This document shows, piece by piece, positions 43,958 through 57,159 of a stretch of 64,000 bases of DNA. This DNA is from Squalus acanthias. Taxonomy: Eukaryota. The notes beneath the pieces were generated by a model. It saw only the letters and a list, made by a program, of their open reading frames with translations. It did no database searches and was not told where the DNA came from. The stretch spans positions 53,570,001 through 53,634,000 of the forward strand of contig CM059438.1 in NCBI GenBank assembly GCA_030390025.1, given 5' to 3'. A program made the translations under genes and the position numbers. Numbering within the stretch: position 1 is the stretch's first letter; each line of letters opens with the position of its first letter.

Positions 43958-46602
43958 ACAACAACAACAACAACTTGTATTTATATAGCGCCTTTAACGT
44001 AGTAAAACGTCCCAAGGCGCCTCACAGGAGTATTATGAGACAAAAATTTGACACCGAGCCACATAAGAAGAAATTAGGGCAGATGATCAAAAGCTTTGTC
44101 AAAGAGGTAGGTTTTAAGGAGCGTCTTAAAGAAGGAAAGAGAGGTGGAGAGGTTTAGGGAGGGATTTCCAGAGCCTAGGGCCTAGGCAACAGAAGGCACG
44201 GCCACTGATGGTGGAGTGATTACAATCAGGGATGCTCAAGAGGGCAGAATTAGAGGAGCGCAGATATCTCGGGGGTGGGGGGGGGGGAGTTGAGGGGCTG
44301 AAGGAGATTACAGAGATGGGGACGGGCGAGGCCATGGAGGGATTTGAAAACAAGGATGAGAATTTTGAAATTGAGGCTTTGCTTAACCGGGAGCCAGTGG
44401 AGGTCAGCGAGCACAGGGGTGATGGGCGAATGGGACTTGGTGTGAGTTAGGACACGGGCAGCCGAGTTTTAGATGACCTCAAGTTTACGTAGGGTGGAAT
44501 GTGGGAGGCCAGCCAGGAGTGCGTTTGAATAGTCAAGACTAGAGGTAACAAAGGCATGGATGAGGGTTTCAGCAGCAGATGAGCTGAGGCAGGGCGGAGA
44601 CGGGCGATGTTACGGAGGTGGAAGTAGGCGGTCTTAGTTATGCTGCGGATATGTGGTCAGAAGCTCATTTCAGGGTCAAATATGACACCAAGGTTGCGAA
44701 CAGTCTGGTTCAGCCCAGACAGATGCCAGGGAGAGGGATGGAGCCGGTGTCTAGGGAACGGAGTTTGTGGCGGGGACTGAAGACAATGGCTTCGGTCTTC
44801 CCAATATTTAATTGGAGAAAATTTCTGCTCATCCAGTACTGGACGTCGGACAAGCAGTCTGACAATTTACAGACCGTGTAGGGGTCAAGAGAAGAGGTAG
44901 AGCTGGGTGTCGTCAGCGTACATGTGGAAACTGATACCGTGTTTTTGGATGATGTCATCAAGGGGCAACATGTAAATGAGAAAGAGGAGGGGGCCAAGGA
45001 TAGATCCTTGGGGGACACCAGAGGTAACGATGCAGGAGCGAGAAGAGAAGCCATTGCAGGTGATTTTCTTGCTATGATTAAATACATAAGAATGGAACCA
45101 GGCGAGTGCAGTCCCACCCAGCTGGACAATGGTGGAGAGGCGTTGGAGGAGGATGGAGTGGTCAACCGTGTCACAGGCTGCAGACAGGTCGAGAAGGACG
45201 AGGAGGGATAATTTACCTTTGTCACAGTCACAAAGGATGTCATTTGTGACATTGATGAGAGCCGTTTTGGTACTGTGGCAGGGGTGGAAACCGGACTAGA
45301 GGGATTCAAACATGGCGTTCCGGGAAAGATGTGCACGGATTTGGGAGGCGACTACACGTTCAAGGACTTTGGAGAGGAAAGGGAGGTTGGAGATAGGGCA
45401 GTAGTTTGCAAGGACAGTGGGGTCAAGGGATGGTTTTTTGAGAGGGTTGATGACAGCAGATTTGAAGGAGAGGAGGACAGTACCCGAGGAGAGCGCACCG
45501 TTAACAATGTCAGCTAACATGGGAGCTAGAAAAGGAAGTTGGGTGGTCAGCAGTTTAGTGGGAATAGGGTCGAGGGAGCAGGAAGTGGGTCTCATGGACA
45601 AGATGAGCGCGAAGAGATCAAGAGGGGAGATCGGAGAGAAACTGGAGCTAGGGCAGGGGGGATCCTTAGAGGAAGTTTGGCCCGGTGGGCTAGGGGAAGG
45701 AAGCGAAGTGGCAGAGGCAGCTGATCGGATGGTCTCAATCTTAGAGACGAAGTCAGTGAGCTCCTCACACTTGTTGTTGGAGGTGAGTGTGGAGGAGACA
45801 GGGGAGAGGGGTTTAAGAAGACAGTTAGCCGGGTGTTATCTTTGCATTCCAGAATGATTATGGAACAGTGAGAAATTTTGGCAGACGCAAGCAGGACCCG
45901 ATAATGCTTTATGTGGTCCAGCCAGATCTGGCGGTGAATGGCTAAACCAGTTATCCGCCATATCCATTCATGTCTGCGTCCCTTGGACTTAAGGGAGCAA
46001 AGATGAGGGCCGTACCAGGAGGAACAGCTAGGGTGAGAGAGAGTAATTGTTTTAATAGGGACTAGGGACTCAAAGGTGGTGGTGAGGGTGTGGTTGAGCA
46101 GATCGGTAGCTGCAGAAATGTGGTAAATGGAGAGTTGGGAGAGAGTTCTTTCCGGGGCAGACACAGAAGGAAGTAGGGTTGGGAGGGGGAACGGGGATGT
46201 GGGTGGAGACCGATACAAGGAAGTGGTCAGAGATGGCCTGATCTGCGATTGACACGGTGGGAATAGCGAGGCCACGAGAGATGGCAAGGTCAAGGGGGTG
46301 GCCGTGAATATGGGTTGGGGAGTTCACATGGAGGGAGAGATTAAGTGAGGATAGGAGGTTAGTGAACTCAGAGGAGAGAGAGCATGATGAGTTGAGATGG
46401 AGGTTGAAATCACCGAGGATGAGAAGTCGCTCGGTGCAGAGGCTGAGGGAGGAAAGCAGTAAAGATATCTCGGTGATAACATTTTTATCGTACTTGGGTA
46501 GGCGGTAGAGAACGAAAATTTTAAATGAGAGGTGAGAAGGGTAGAACAAGATGAGATGCTCAAAGGAGGAGAAAGTGCCAGAGGAGTAGGGGGACAGACC
46601 AA
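43958..46602 (-). mobile_element. L2 LINE, ORF2 (endonuclease + RT), disrupted, with (TTG)n tail
   Basis: ILGDFNLH/HGHPLDL/SDH endonuclease motifs; LDPIPTKLL, PISNLPFLSKVLERVV, QLNIGKTEAIVF. Confidence 0.9.
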
Positions 46603-47574
46603 GGATGGCTGGAGATTCCCATGGGTAGAGGTGAAGAGCTACTTATGGAACTGCCAGCCTAGCGGCAGCCATCTTCAAACAGATAGAAGGATTTGCTGAT
46701 AGGATGAGATGAAGTAAATAGAGTGGGAGGAGGCTCGTGTGCAGCATAAACACCGACATGGTTGAAATGGCTTGTTTCTCCACTGTAAATTCTATGGAAT
46801 TCGATGCAAAGATAAGGGGCCCCTTCCTGCTAGCCAATCTTCCACCCACCTTAAGTTCTCGGAACACCAGAGCAGTCCCACGGCTACCTGCTGAGACAGG
46901 GCCCAAAATGCACAACGCTGACAAGGGTCTGTTGCTACTGTAACCTATTGTAGCACCTCATTTACCACCCCTCACCCACAAGCCCATAGCACCTCCTGTT
47001 CCGAGCACTTGTCACCCTACTGTACAGAGCTGTATAACTGCGTATGACCCTCACAGGATTTACCTGCAAGTATTGTGAAATATATACTACAGAATGTCCC
47101 AAGAGTATGTAAACTTCTTGTATATAATTTAAAAAATTAAAAACCTTCCCTAATCCATTTAAAAAAGGGCCTATTTTTTTCAAGCCTTTCTTCATAACTA
47201 TCACCTCTCGTTCCTGTTATCATTCTAGTGAAATAAAAACAGGAAATACTGAGCAGGCCAGGCAGCATTCTTCACTCCAGCCCAGGCTCGAGCTCAGAGT
47301 CCCCGCAAGGCTTTGGTTAGGCTCCAGTTGCAGTATTGAGTGCGGTTCTGGGCACCCCATTACAGGAAGGGTATTAGAACCATAGACTGGAGTGCTTCAT
47401 CGACACCCAGACCAAATTTGAATTTAATTTAATAAGTTTCCTTTAATAGGGCTTCCTTCTGCCTCACACTCACAGTGGGAGGGGCCTTTGTGACACACCC
47501 CACAGCTCTCCGCCTTGCAGCTCCGAGCAATGTGTCCAGACTCGCCGCAGTTACATAGAAACATAGAAGATAGG

Positions 47575-48168
47575 AGCAGGGAGGTTATGATGGAGCTGTA
47601 CAAAACGCTAGTTAGGCTACAGCTGGAATACTGTGTGCAGTTCTGGTCGCCACACTATAGGAAGGATGTGATTGCATTGGAGAGGGTGCAGAGGAGATTC
47701 ACCAGGATGTTACCTGGGCTGCAGCGCTTCAGCTATGAAGAGAGACTGGACAGGCTGGGGTTGTTTTCCTTAGAGCAGAGAAGGCTGAGGGGGGACCTGA
47801 TTGAGGTGTACAAAATTATGAGGGGCATAGATAGAGTAGATAGAAAGGAACTTTTCCCCTTAGTAGAGGGGTCAATAACCAGGGGGCATAGTTTCAAGGT
47901 AAGGGGCAGGAGGTTTAGAGGGGATTTGAGGAAAAACTTTTTCACCCAGAGGGTGGTTGGAATCTGGAACTCACTGCCTGAAAGGGTGGTAGAGGCAGGA
48001 ACCCTCACAACATTCAAGAAGCATTTAGATGAGCACTTGAAACGCCATAGCATACAAGGCTACGGACCAAGTGCTGGAAAATGGGATTAAAATAGACAGG
48101 GTTTGATGGCCGGCGCAGACACGATGGGCCGAAGGGCCTCTTTCTGTGCTGTATAACTCTATGACTCT
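47575..48168 (+). mobile_element. CR1 LINE 3' fragment
   Basis: LYKTLVRLQLEYCVQFWSPHYRKD...FFTQRVVGIWNSLP; tail ACTCTATGACTCTATG. Confidence 0.9.
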
Positions 48169-48385
48169 ATGAGTAGGCCATTAGGCCCCTCGAGCCTGTT
48201 CCGCCATTTAATGAGATCATGGCTGATCATCCAAATTCAGTACCCTGTCCCTGCTTTCGCCCCATATCCCTTGATCCCTTTAGCCTTAAGAAATATATCT
48301 AACTCCTTCTTGAATATATTTAATGAATTGGCCTCAACTGCCTTCTGTGGTAGAGAATTCCACAGGTTCACCACTCTCTGGGTGA
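48169..48385 (-). mobile_element. CR1 LINE 3' fragment
   Basis: FTQRVVNLWNSLPQKAVEA...GIKGYG. Confidence 0.8.
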
Positions 48386-48389
48386 ACAG

Positions 48390-49826
48390 TACAAGTCTGG
48401 ACAGCTTCTTACAAGATGGTCGTGTCGAAGACAAGCAATAACAAACCTTCGCCTGGTTATCATGGAGTACTTGGAAATACTGCACTCATTCCATTGTCTT
48501 GAATGTCATGCTATACGGCAATGACTTCACCCCCTCTGGGAACCTCACATTTACATAACAGGTTCCATCTTCTACCTGTGTTCCTGGATAGTATCTCCTC
48601 TTTATTGCTGAGCAAATTTTAATGTCCCACAACTCCAACTTTTTGATTAGCACATCGTCCTCAATATAAACCGGTGGGTTTAAGAATGAGACCACCACCC
48701 TCTTCAGAATATACCAGAGATACCTCCAAGAACTTATCTCCAACCTTCAAACTCAGTAAAAGTCTTTGGGGGCAAAATTGGGTCGCGCCCCCGCACCCGA
48801 AATTCACTGGCAGCGTCCCAAGAGGGAGGCGGGGTGCTACTGGAAGCCTCCCTCTTGGGGCGTTACGTGTGAATATCGCGGCGCTACGTGCCGCGGTACG
48901 GCAGGCCTTCCCTTGTTAAAGGGGAGGGGCCTTGCGCAGCAGGACCCGGGGCTCAGCTGGACCACCAGGGATTGGGCGTGCCGGCAAAAGAGCCCGGCAC
49001 TCAAGAGGAGCGCTGGGCTCACGGAGCGCAGCCAGCCCCCCACAGGGGGGCTTTACAGGAGGCCGGGGACGGCAATAGGGGCAGGTGCTGGCAGGCGACC
49101 GGCAACAAAAATGGCCGCCCGGCACCTCCCCTTTAATTTGCGCCGCCCCGGCCACAGGTAGACCCCCCTGACCCTGTTGGACATAACGTCCGGTGGTAAG
49201 TCAGGGGGCGCTACCGAAGAACGAGGCCGAGGCGCGAGCGGGGCGCTGCGCACGGCGATGACCTCATCGCCGGAGGCGCAGTGCCGCGGGGCGCTAACAG
49301 TTTCCGCCGCCGCTAACCTCCCACTGAATTTCGCGGGAGGCATTAGCGGCGCCGCGCCCGGGCGCTAGTTGCTTTGTGCTCCATTAGCGCCCTCTTAGGA
49401 GGCGCAAATCAATCGAATTTTTCCCTCTTTCCACCTCCTCTCGGCCACTGACTGTCACCTCGAACCCAACATTCGGCTTTGGTCGGCAGGCAAAGCAGCT
49501 TCCCTCGCCGCAGTCCTCATGTACCACCTGGATAATATCCCAAGCTCGTATCTCCTTATCCTCACACTCAACCACCACCGTGTTTTCTTTTCCAAGCCTC
49601 CTGGGGTCCTGGCCCAAATCTTTGGGCCTTTTTTCTCCCTTCCCCCAACATTTTCTCCCCTGATTAAATTTATCCTGGGAACATTGTCCTCTGAGGGGCC
49701 CTCAGCAGCCATCTGGCTGCTGTTTAAGGACCAAAAAGGCACTAAAACCTGAAAAAAAAACCAACATTTTACAAACTCACTCCAACTCCCTGCAGTAATC
49801 AAGCACCCAGCAGCACCTGCTCACTC
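48390..49826 (-). mobile_element. Tx1/L1-clade LINE 5' remnant (ORF1, ZCCHC3-like), interrupted by a MITE
   Basis: FACRPKPNVGFEVTV and VVVSFLNPPVYIEDDVL...DGTCYVNVRFPEGVKSLPYSMTF...QVLHDNQAKVC resemble Tx1 ORF1p. Confidence 0.7.
48768..49427. mobile_element. GC-rich non-autonomous DNA transposon (Harbinger-like MITE)
   Basis: Termini GGGGGCAAAATTG and CGAATTTTTCCCTC, TTT on both flanks; related in opposite orientation to 60979-61676. Confidence 0.75.
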
Positions 49827-49915
49827 CTAGCCCCTCCCACACTGTGGAGAGTTTGAACCGTACTGAGAGGTAAATAGTGAAAGCCCCGTCCTTGTGCATT
49901 GAATCTGAAACTTGC

Positions 49916-50087
49916 CTCGATCCAGGGTCCTCAGCTCGGCCCCTGACAGATATGCTAATGATGCGGTCTCCGCCTTGGGCAGAAGTAGGTCAGTGTTTGC
50001 CAGGATCACACCGGTGATTGCAGCTCCCAGGGCACCAAGGCCCAGTGTCCACAGACCCATGTGGAAATCTTCAACAACCACAACCAT
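49916..50087 (-). CDS. prxl2a: Selenoprotein U / PRXL2A first coding exon
   Basis: MVVVVEDFHMGLWTLGLGALGAAITGVILANTDLLLPKAETASLAYLSGAELRTLDR matches the PRXL2A/FAM213A N-terminus; acceptor ttccag|gtATG (exon starts 50089); donor AG|GCAAGT. Confidence 0.92.
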
Positions 50088-50240
50088 ACCTGGAACACAA
50101 GATCGATGGGCTCCTCATCAGACAGCAGCAGGGTGAGCAGGGCATTAACATTTATCCAAACACTTTACAGCAGCACCCTTAGGGTGATACTGCGTCCCTC
50201 CGACACCAGCCAGAGCCCCCTCAACAAATCAAACATTCCT

Positions 50241-50575
50241 CTGCCTCGGTCTCCCACCGTCTGCCTCGGGTCTCCCACCGTCTGCCTCGGGTCTCCCACC
50301 GTCTGCCTCGGGTCTCCCACCGTCTGCCTCGGGTCTCCCACCGTCTGCCTCGGGTCTCCCACCGTCTGCCTCGGGTCTCCCACCGTCTGCCTCGGGTCTC
50401 CCACCGTCTGCCTCGGGTCTCCCACCGTCTGCCTCGGGTCTCCCACCGTCTGCCTCGGGTCTCCCACCGTCTGCCTCGGGTCTCCCACCTTCTGCCTCGG
50501 GTCTCCCACCGTCTGCCTCGGTCTCCCACCGTCTGCCTCGGGTCTCCCACCGTCTGCCTCGGGTCCCCCACCATC
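50241..50575. repeat. 21-bp minisatellite (CTGCCTCGGGTCTCCCACCGT)
   Basis: About 15 direct tandem copies. Confidence 0.95.
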
Positions 50576-51077
50576 TGTGTCTGTCTCTGCATTTGTCTCC
50601 CATCGTCTGCCTCAGTCCCCCCACTGTCTGCCTCTCTCTGTGTGTCTCGGTCTGTATGTCTGTTTATCTGTCTCTCCCTCACTCACTTTCTCGCTATCTC
50701 TCTCTAGGTCTCTCCATCTGTCCCTCTCTCTGTCTGTCTGTCCCTCCCTCTCTGTCTATCTGTCCCTCTCTCTCTCCCCGTCTGTCTCTGTCTCTTTGCA
50801 CCTCACGCTCTCTCTGTCTGTCTGCCTCTTTCCCTCTCTGCCTCGCTCTCTTGCCTCCTTCGCAGCCTCTCTGCATCTTTCTCTGTCTTTCACTCTCTCA
50901 GTCTGTCGCTCTCTCTTTCTGTCTATGTCTCACTTTCTCTTCTTGCATCTCTCTCTCTCTCTGTCTGTCTCTGTCTGGGTGTCCCTTTCTCTGTCTCTCT
51001 CTACCTCTCTAGCTGCCTCTGTCTCTCTGCCTCTCTTTCTCTGGCTGGGTGTCTCTCTTTCTGTCTGTCTCTCGCTC

Positions 51078-51110
<33 letters not shown>

Positions 51111-51553
51111 CTGGGTGTCTATCTGTATGAATATCTGTCTCTCCCTCACTTTCTCTCTAGGTGTCTCCGTCTGTCTCTCTTTCTGTCTGCCCCTCTCTCG
51201 GTCATTTCCGTATCTCTCCGCGCCTCTCTCTCTCTGTCACTCTCTCATGCTCTGTCTCTCTCTCTCTCTCTCTCTCTCTGTCTCGCTCTCTGTCTCTCTC
51301 TCTCTCTGCCTCTCTCTCTCTGCCTCTCTCTCTCTCTCTCTCTTTGCCTCTCTCTCTCTGTCTCTCTCTCTCTGCCTCTCTCTCCCCCTCTCTCTCTGTC
51401 TCTCTCTCCCTGTCTGTCTGTCTCTCTCTCTCCCTGTCTGCCTCGCTCTCTGTCTCTCTCTCTCTCTCTGCCTCTCTCTCTCTCTGTCTCTCTCTCTGTC
51501 TCTCTCTCTCCCCCTCCCAGTCTCTCTCTCTCTCTCTTTCTCTCTCTGTCTCC

Positions 51554-51592
<39 letters not shown>

Positions 51593-52977
51593 CTCTCTCT
51601 GTCTCCCTCTCTCTCTGCCCCTGTCTGCCTCTCTCTGGGTGTCCCTGTATGTCTGTCTGTCTGTCTCTCCCTCACTCTCTCTCTCTGGGTGTCTCCATCT
51701 GTCCCTCTCTGTCTGTCTCTCTGTCCCTCTCTCTCTGTCTCTGTCTGTCTCTCTGTCCCTCTCTCTCTCTCTCTTTGTCCCTCTCTCTCTGTCTGTCTGT
51801 CACTCTCTCTCTGTCTGTCACTCTTTGTCTGTCTGTCACTCTTGTCTGTCTGTCTGTCACTCTTTGTCTGTCTGTCGCTGTCTGTCTGCACCTCTCTCAC
51901 ATTCTCTCTCTCCCTGCCTCTCTCTCCCTCGCGCTCTCTGTCTATCTATCTCTGCCTTGCTCTCTCTCTCTGCCTCCCTCACTGCCTCTGCCCCTCTCTC
52001 TGCCTAGGTGTCACCCTCTCTCGCACTCTCTCTTGGAGTCGCTCTATCTCTGTCTCCCTGTCTGTATGTCTCTCTCCCTCTGCCACTCTCTCCCTCTGCC
52101 ACTCTCTCCCTCTGCCACTCTCTCCCTCTGCCACTCTCTCCCTCTGTCATGCTCTCCCTCTGTCACGCTCTCCCTCTGTCACTCTCTCCCTCTGTCACTC
52201 TTTGTCTCTCTCTAGGTGTTTCTCTCTCCCTCTTCCTTCCTTCCTCCCTCTCCCTCTCTCTCTGACTGTCTCTCTCTCTCCCTGTGTGTCTCTCTCTCTC
52301 TCTAGGTGTCTCTCTCCGCCTCCCTCGCCCTCTCTCCGCCTCCCTCGCTCTCTGTCTCTCTGACTGCCTTTCTCTCTCTCTCTCTCTCTCCCCCTCTGAC
52401 TCTCTCTGTCTCGGTCTCTGACTCTCTCTCCCTCTGACTGTCACTCTCTCTAGTTCTGTCTGTCTGACTTTGTCTTCCTTCCTCTCCCTACATCTCTTTC
52501 TCTGTCCCTCTGCCTCTGTCTGTCTGTGTCGCGCTCACTCTGTGTCACTATCTCCAACTCTCACTTTCCCTGTCACTCTCTCCCTCTGACTGTCTCTCTC
52601 TCGCTCCCACTCTCTGCCTCGGTCTCTCTTTCTCTCCCTGCGTCTCTTTCTCTCTCTCTCTCTCTCTGCCTCTTTTTTTGTCACTATCTGTCTCTCACTC
52701 TTTTGCTCTCTCCCTCTCTCTGCCTCTCTCTCTGTCTGTCTCTCTCTTTCTCTCCCTGGGTCTCTCTCTCTCTCTCTGTATCTCTCTCTCTCTGGGTGCC
52801 TCGGTCTGTATATCTGTCTGTCTCTCCCTCACTCTCTTCTTGGAGTCTCCATCTGTCTCTCTACCTGTCTGCCCCTCTCTTTTTGTCTGTCCCTTTCTTT
52901 CTGTCTGCCACTCTTTCGGTCACTCTCGCTATAATTTTTGTGTCTCTGTCGGTCTCTCTCTCCACGCCTCCCTCTTT

Positions 52978-53024
<47 letters not shown>

Positions 53025-53300
53025 TCTCTACCTCTCTCTGCCTCTCTCTCGCTCTGTCACTCTGTCTGTCTGTCTCTGCGTCTCTCTCCCTGCTTCTCTC
53101 TCTCTCTCTGTCTCTTTCTCCCTCTCTGTGTCTCTCTCTCCCTCTGTCTGTCTCTCTGTCTCCCTCGATTGCTCTCTCTCTATCTCTGTCTCTTTGTCTC
53201 TGTGTCTCACTGTTACTCTGTCTCTCTCTACCTGTATCTCTCTTGGCTTCTCTTTCTCTGTCTGTCTCTGTCTTTCTTTCTCTCTCTTAGCCTGTCTCTC
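50576..53300. repeat. CT/CTGT-rich low-complexity polypyrimidine tract
   Basis: About 2.7 kb of degenerate (CT)n/(CTGT)n. Confidence 0.95.
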
Positions 53301-53310
53301 TCACGGATAT

Positions 53311-53441
53311 ACTCACGGTGCTCCCTGCTGCTCACGCACAGTCAGATAAGTAAAACCTTGGCTTCTGGCTGCTTTTATTTTCAGACCCACATTCCTGCAG
53401 CCTAGAAACTGGGCCACAGGCCAGGGCTCAGCAGCCAATCA
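53311..53441 (-). promoter_or_regulatory. Candidate promoter and non-coding first exon of the SelU/prxl2a gene
   Basis: CCAAT box at 53435-53439, TATA-like AAATAAAAG at ~53372-53380 on the - strand, and a donor CC|GTGAGT at 53316, in a short unique island between repeats. Confidence 0.55.
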
Positions 53442-53856
53442 CGGCAGGCAGAGAGAGGCAAGGCCGTTTAATCACACCAGACACATAGATCAGAGTCCAC
53501 CCAGCACAACAAGCACAACAATTTGCAGTAATACCGAGCCTTTAACGTCGAAAAACAACCTAAGGTGTCTGGCAGTACAGCTAAGGGTACAACCCCATAC
53601 CGCGACAGGGCGGGAGACATTGGGCGGGTGACTATCCTCAGGCACAGAGGTGGGCGGTTTGAAATACTGAAGGCTGTTTCTGAACTATTCGCCACCGATT
53701 GTCGGGCACCAGACTTCATTCTGTCAAATATTCCTGGTCTCACAACAGGCCCCGGGTCTTGACAGAGTGAAGGATCGACACAGACACCAGGCCCCGGGTC
53801 TTGGCAGAGTGAAGGATCGACACAGACACCAGGCCCCAGGAGATTCCAAAAACCGC

Positions 53857-54955
53857 CCCTGGGATCTCAGTCCCTGGGTCAGAGCGAGTGCCCGGCCCCT
53901 GGGCGCTCGGTCCCTGGGTCAGAGAGAGTGTCCGGCCCCTGGGATCTCAGTCTCTGGGTCAGAGCGAGTGCCCGGCCCCTGGGCGCTCGGTCCCTGGATC
54001 AGAGAGAGTGTCCGGCCCCTGGGCGCTAGGTCCCTGGGTCAGAGAGAGTGTCCGGCCCCTGGGGGCTCGGTCCCTGGGTCAGAGAGAGTGTCCAGCCCCT
54101 GGGATCTCGGTCCCTGGGTCAGAGCAAGTGTCCGGCCCCTGGGATCTCTGTCCCTGGGTCAGAGAGAGTGTCCGGCCCCTGGGATCTCAGTCCCTGGGTC
54201 AGAGAGAGTGTCCGGCCCCTGGGCGCTAGGTCCCTGGGTCAGAGAGAGTGTCCGGCCCCTGGGATCTCAGTCCCTGGGTCAGAGAGAGTGTCCGGCCCCT
54301 GGGCGCTCGGTCCCTGGGTCAGAGAGAGTGTCCGGCCCCTGGGATCTCAGTCTCTGGGTCAGAGAGAGTGTCCGGCCCCTGGGCGCTAGGTCCCTGGGTC
54401 CGAGAGAGTGTCCGGCCCCTGGGGGCTCAGTCCCTGGGTCAGACAGAGTGCCCGGCCCCTGGGGGCTCGGTCCCTGGGTCAGAGAGAGTGTCCGGCCCCT
54501 GGGATCTCTGTCCCTGGGTCAGAGAGAGTGTCCGGCCCCTGGGGGCTCAGTCCCTGGGTCAGACAGAGTGCCCAGCCCCTGGGGGCTAGGTCCCTGGGTC
54601 AGAGAGAGTGTCCGGCCCCTGGGGGCTCGGTCCCTGGGTCAGAGAGAGTGCCTAGGCCCTGGGGGCTCGGTCCCTGGGTCAGAGAGCGTGCCCGGCCTCT
54701 GGGGGCACTGTACCTGGGTCAGAGGGCGTGCCCTGGCCCCTGGGGGCTCGGTCTCTGGGTCAGAGGGCATGCCCAGCCTCTGGGGGCTTGGTCCCTGGGT
54801 CAGAGGGCGTGCCCTGGCCTCTGGGGGCACTGTACCTGGGTCAGAGGGCGTGCCCTGGCCTCTGGCGGCACTGTACCTGGGTCAGAGGGCGTGCCCTGGC
54901 CTCTGGGGGCTCGGTCCCTGGGTCAGAGGGCGTGCCCTGGCCCCTGGGGGCACCG
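53857..54955. repeat. 40-41-bp minisatellite (CCCTGGGATCTCAGTCCCTGGGTCAGAGAGAGTGTCCGGC)
   Basis: Direct tandem repetition with drift toward the 3' end. Confidence 0.95.
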
Positions 54956-55558
54956 TTTCCTTATCCCTTGCCTGACAGAACAGCAGTCGGCCACGGCATT
55001 GAACGAGAGTGAGGCTGACCCCTCCTGGGGTAGTCTAGACATAAGAACATAAGAAATAGGAGCAGGAGTAGGCCATTTGGCCCCTCGAGCCTGCATTCAG
55101 TAAGATCATGGCTGATCTTCTACCTCATCTCCACTTTCCTGAACTATCCCCATATCCCTTGATTCCCTTAATATTCAAAAAATCTATCGATCTCAGTCTT
55201 GTATATACTCAACGACTGAGCCTCCACAGCCCTCTGGGGTAGAGAATTCCAAAGATTTACCACCCTCTGAGTGAAGAAATTTCTCCTCATCTCAGTCCGA
55301 AATGGCCGACCCCTTATTCTGAGACTGTGACCCCTGGTTCTAGACTTCCCAGCCAGGGGAAACATCCTCCCTGCATCTACTCTGTCAAGCCCTGTAAGAA
55401 TTTTGTATGTTTCAATGAGATCACCTCTTATTCTTCTAAACTCTAGAAAATATAGGCCTAGTCTACTCAATGTCTCCTCAATCTCTCCTCATAGGACAAT
55501 CCCCCCATCCCAGGAACCAGTCTGGTGAACCTTCGTTGCACTCCCTCTATAGCAAGTA

Positions 55559-55971
55559 CAGGAAACTTTCGTTTATCCGGCACCCAAATATCCGGAATTC
55601 TCGCTTAACCGGCAAAAATCATCCTCCGAAAACTCCTCTCAAATAACCGGCAATGTTGCCGAGTCGCAGTCGAGTCTCCGCGAACGCCGAGTGCTCCGAA
55701 AAATCCTCTCAAATAACCGGCAATGTTGCCGATCCCGAGTCCGCGAACGCCGATTTAGTCAGTAGGGGTACTTTTCAAAAGTGCCACTACTCGGCCTCCT
55801 GGCGCTGTCGCAAGTCCGAAACATTGCAGTCGCTTGAATAGATTCTCCCGTGCTGCTTGGAGTCTCTTTGTTAAAAATAGCCTCGGTAGATATAACTCTC
55901 TGTTATCCGGTACTTTCGATAAACCGGCACCACGCCGGTCCCGTCGATGCCGGATAAACGAAAGTTTCCTG
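55559..55971. mobile_element. Tc1/mariner-pogo (Tigger-like) MITE
   Basis: 24-bp perfect TIR CAGGAAACTTTCGTTTATCCGGCA with TA duplicated on both sides. Confidence 0.9.
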
Positions 55972-57159
55972 TATATCCTTCCTTCGGTAAGGAGACCAAA
56001 ACTCTACACAATACGCCAGGTGTGGTCTCACCAGGGCCCTATATAATGGCAGTAAGATGTCTTTACTCTTATACTCAAATCCTCTTGTAATAAAGGCCAA
56101 CATACAATTTGCTTTCCTAATAGTTTGCTGTACCTGCATGTTAACTTTCAGTGATTCGTGTACAAGGACACCCAGGTCCCTCTGAACACCAACATTTCCC
56201 AATCTCTCACCATTTAAAAAATACTCTTTTTTATTTTTCCTACCAAAGTGGATAACTTCACATTTCTCCACATTATATTCCATTTGCCATGGTCTTGCCC
56301 ACTCATTTAGCCTGTCTATATCCCCTTGAAGCCTCCTTGCATCCTCCTCACAACTTACATTCCCACCCAGCTTTGTATCATCAGCAAATTTGGATATATT
56401 ACATTTGGTCCCCTCATCCAAATCATTGATGTAGATTGTGAATAGCTGAGGCCCAAGCACTGATCCTTGCGGTACCCCACTAGTTACAGCCTGCCAACCC
56501 GAAAATGACCCGTTTATTCCTACTCTCTGTTTTCTGTCCGTTAACCAATCCTCAATCCATGCTAGTATATTACCCCTAATCCCAGGAGCCCTAATTTTGT
56601 TTAATAACCTCTTGTGTGGCACCTTATCGAATGCATCCACTGGTTCCCCCTTATCTATTCTGCTAGTTACAACCTCAAAAAACTCTAACAGATTCATCAA
56701 ACATGATTTTCCTTTCATATATCCGTGTTGACTCTGCCCAATCTTCTTATTATTTTCTAAGTGCCCTGTTACCACGTCCTTAATAATAGATTCTAGCATT
56801 TTCCCCACTACTGATGTCAGGCTAACTGGTCTGTAGTTCCCCGTTTTCTCTCTCCCTCCTTTCTTAAATAGTGGGGTTACATTTGCTACCTTCCAATTCA
56901 CGGGAACTGTTCTAGAATCTATGAAATTTTGGAAAATGACAACCAATGCACCCACTATCTCTATAGCCACCTCTTTCAAAACCCTAGGATGTTGGCCATC
57001 AGGTCCAGGGGATTTATCGGCTTTCAGTCCCATTAATTTCTCCAGTACTATTTTTTTACTAATACTAATTTCTTTCAGTTCCTCATTCTCGCTAGACCCT
57101 TGGTTCTCCACTATTTCCAGGAAGTTTTTTGCGTCTTCTTCCATGAAGACAGACACAAA

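Noticed and set aside
50241..50575. Common origin of the 21-bp repeat and the left satellite (shared GGAGACCCG)
   Set aside because: Only 9 bp are shared, too little to claim homology.
50061..53405. Long Ser/Leu-rich and Arg/Glu-rich ORFs
   Set aside because: Translations of CT microsatellite and the 21-bp repeat.
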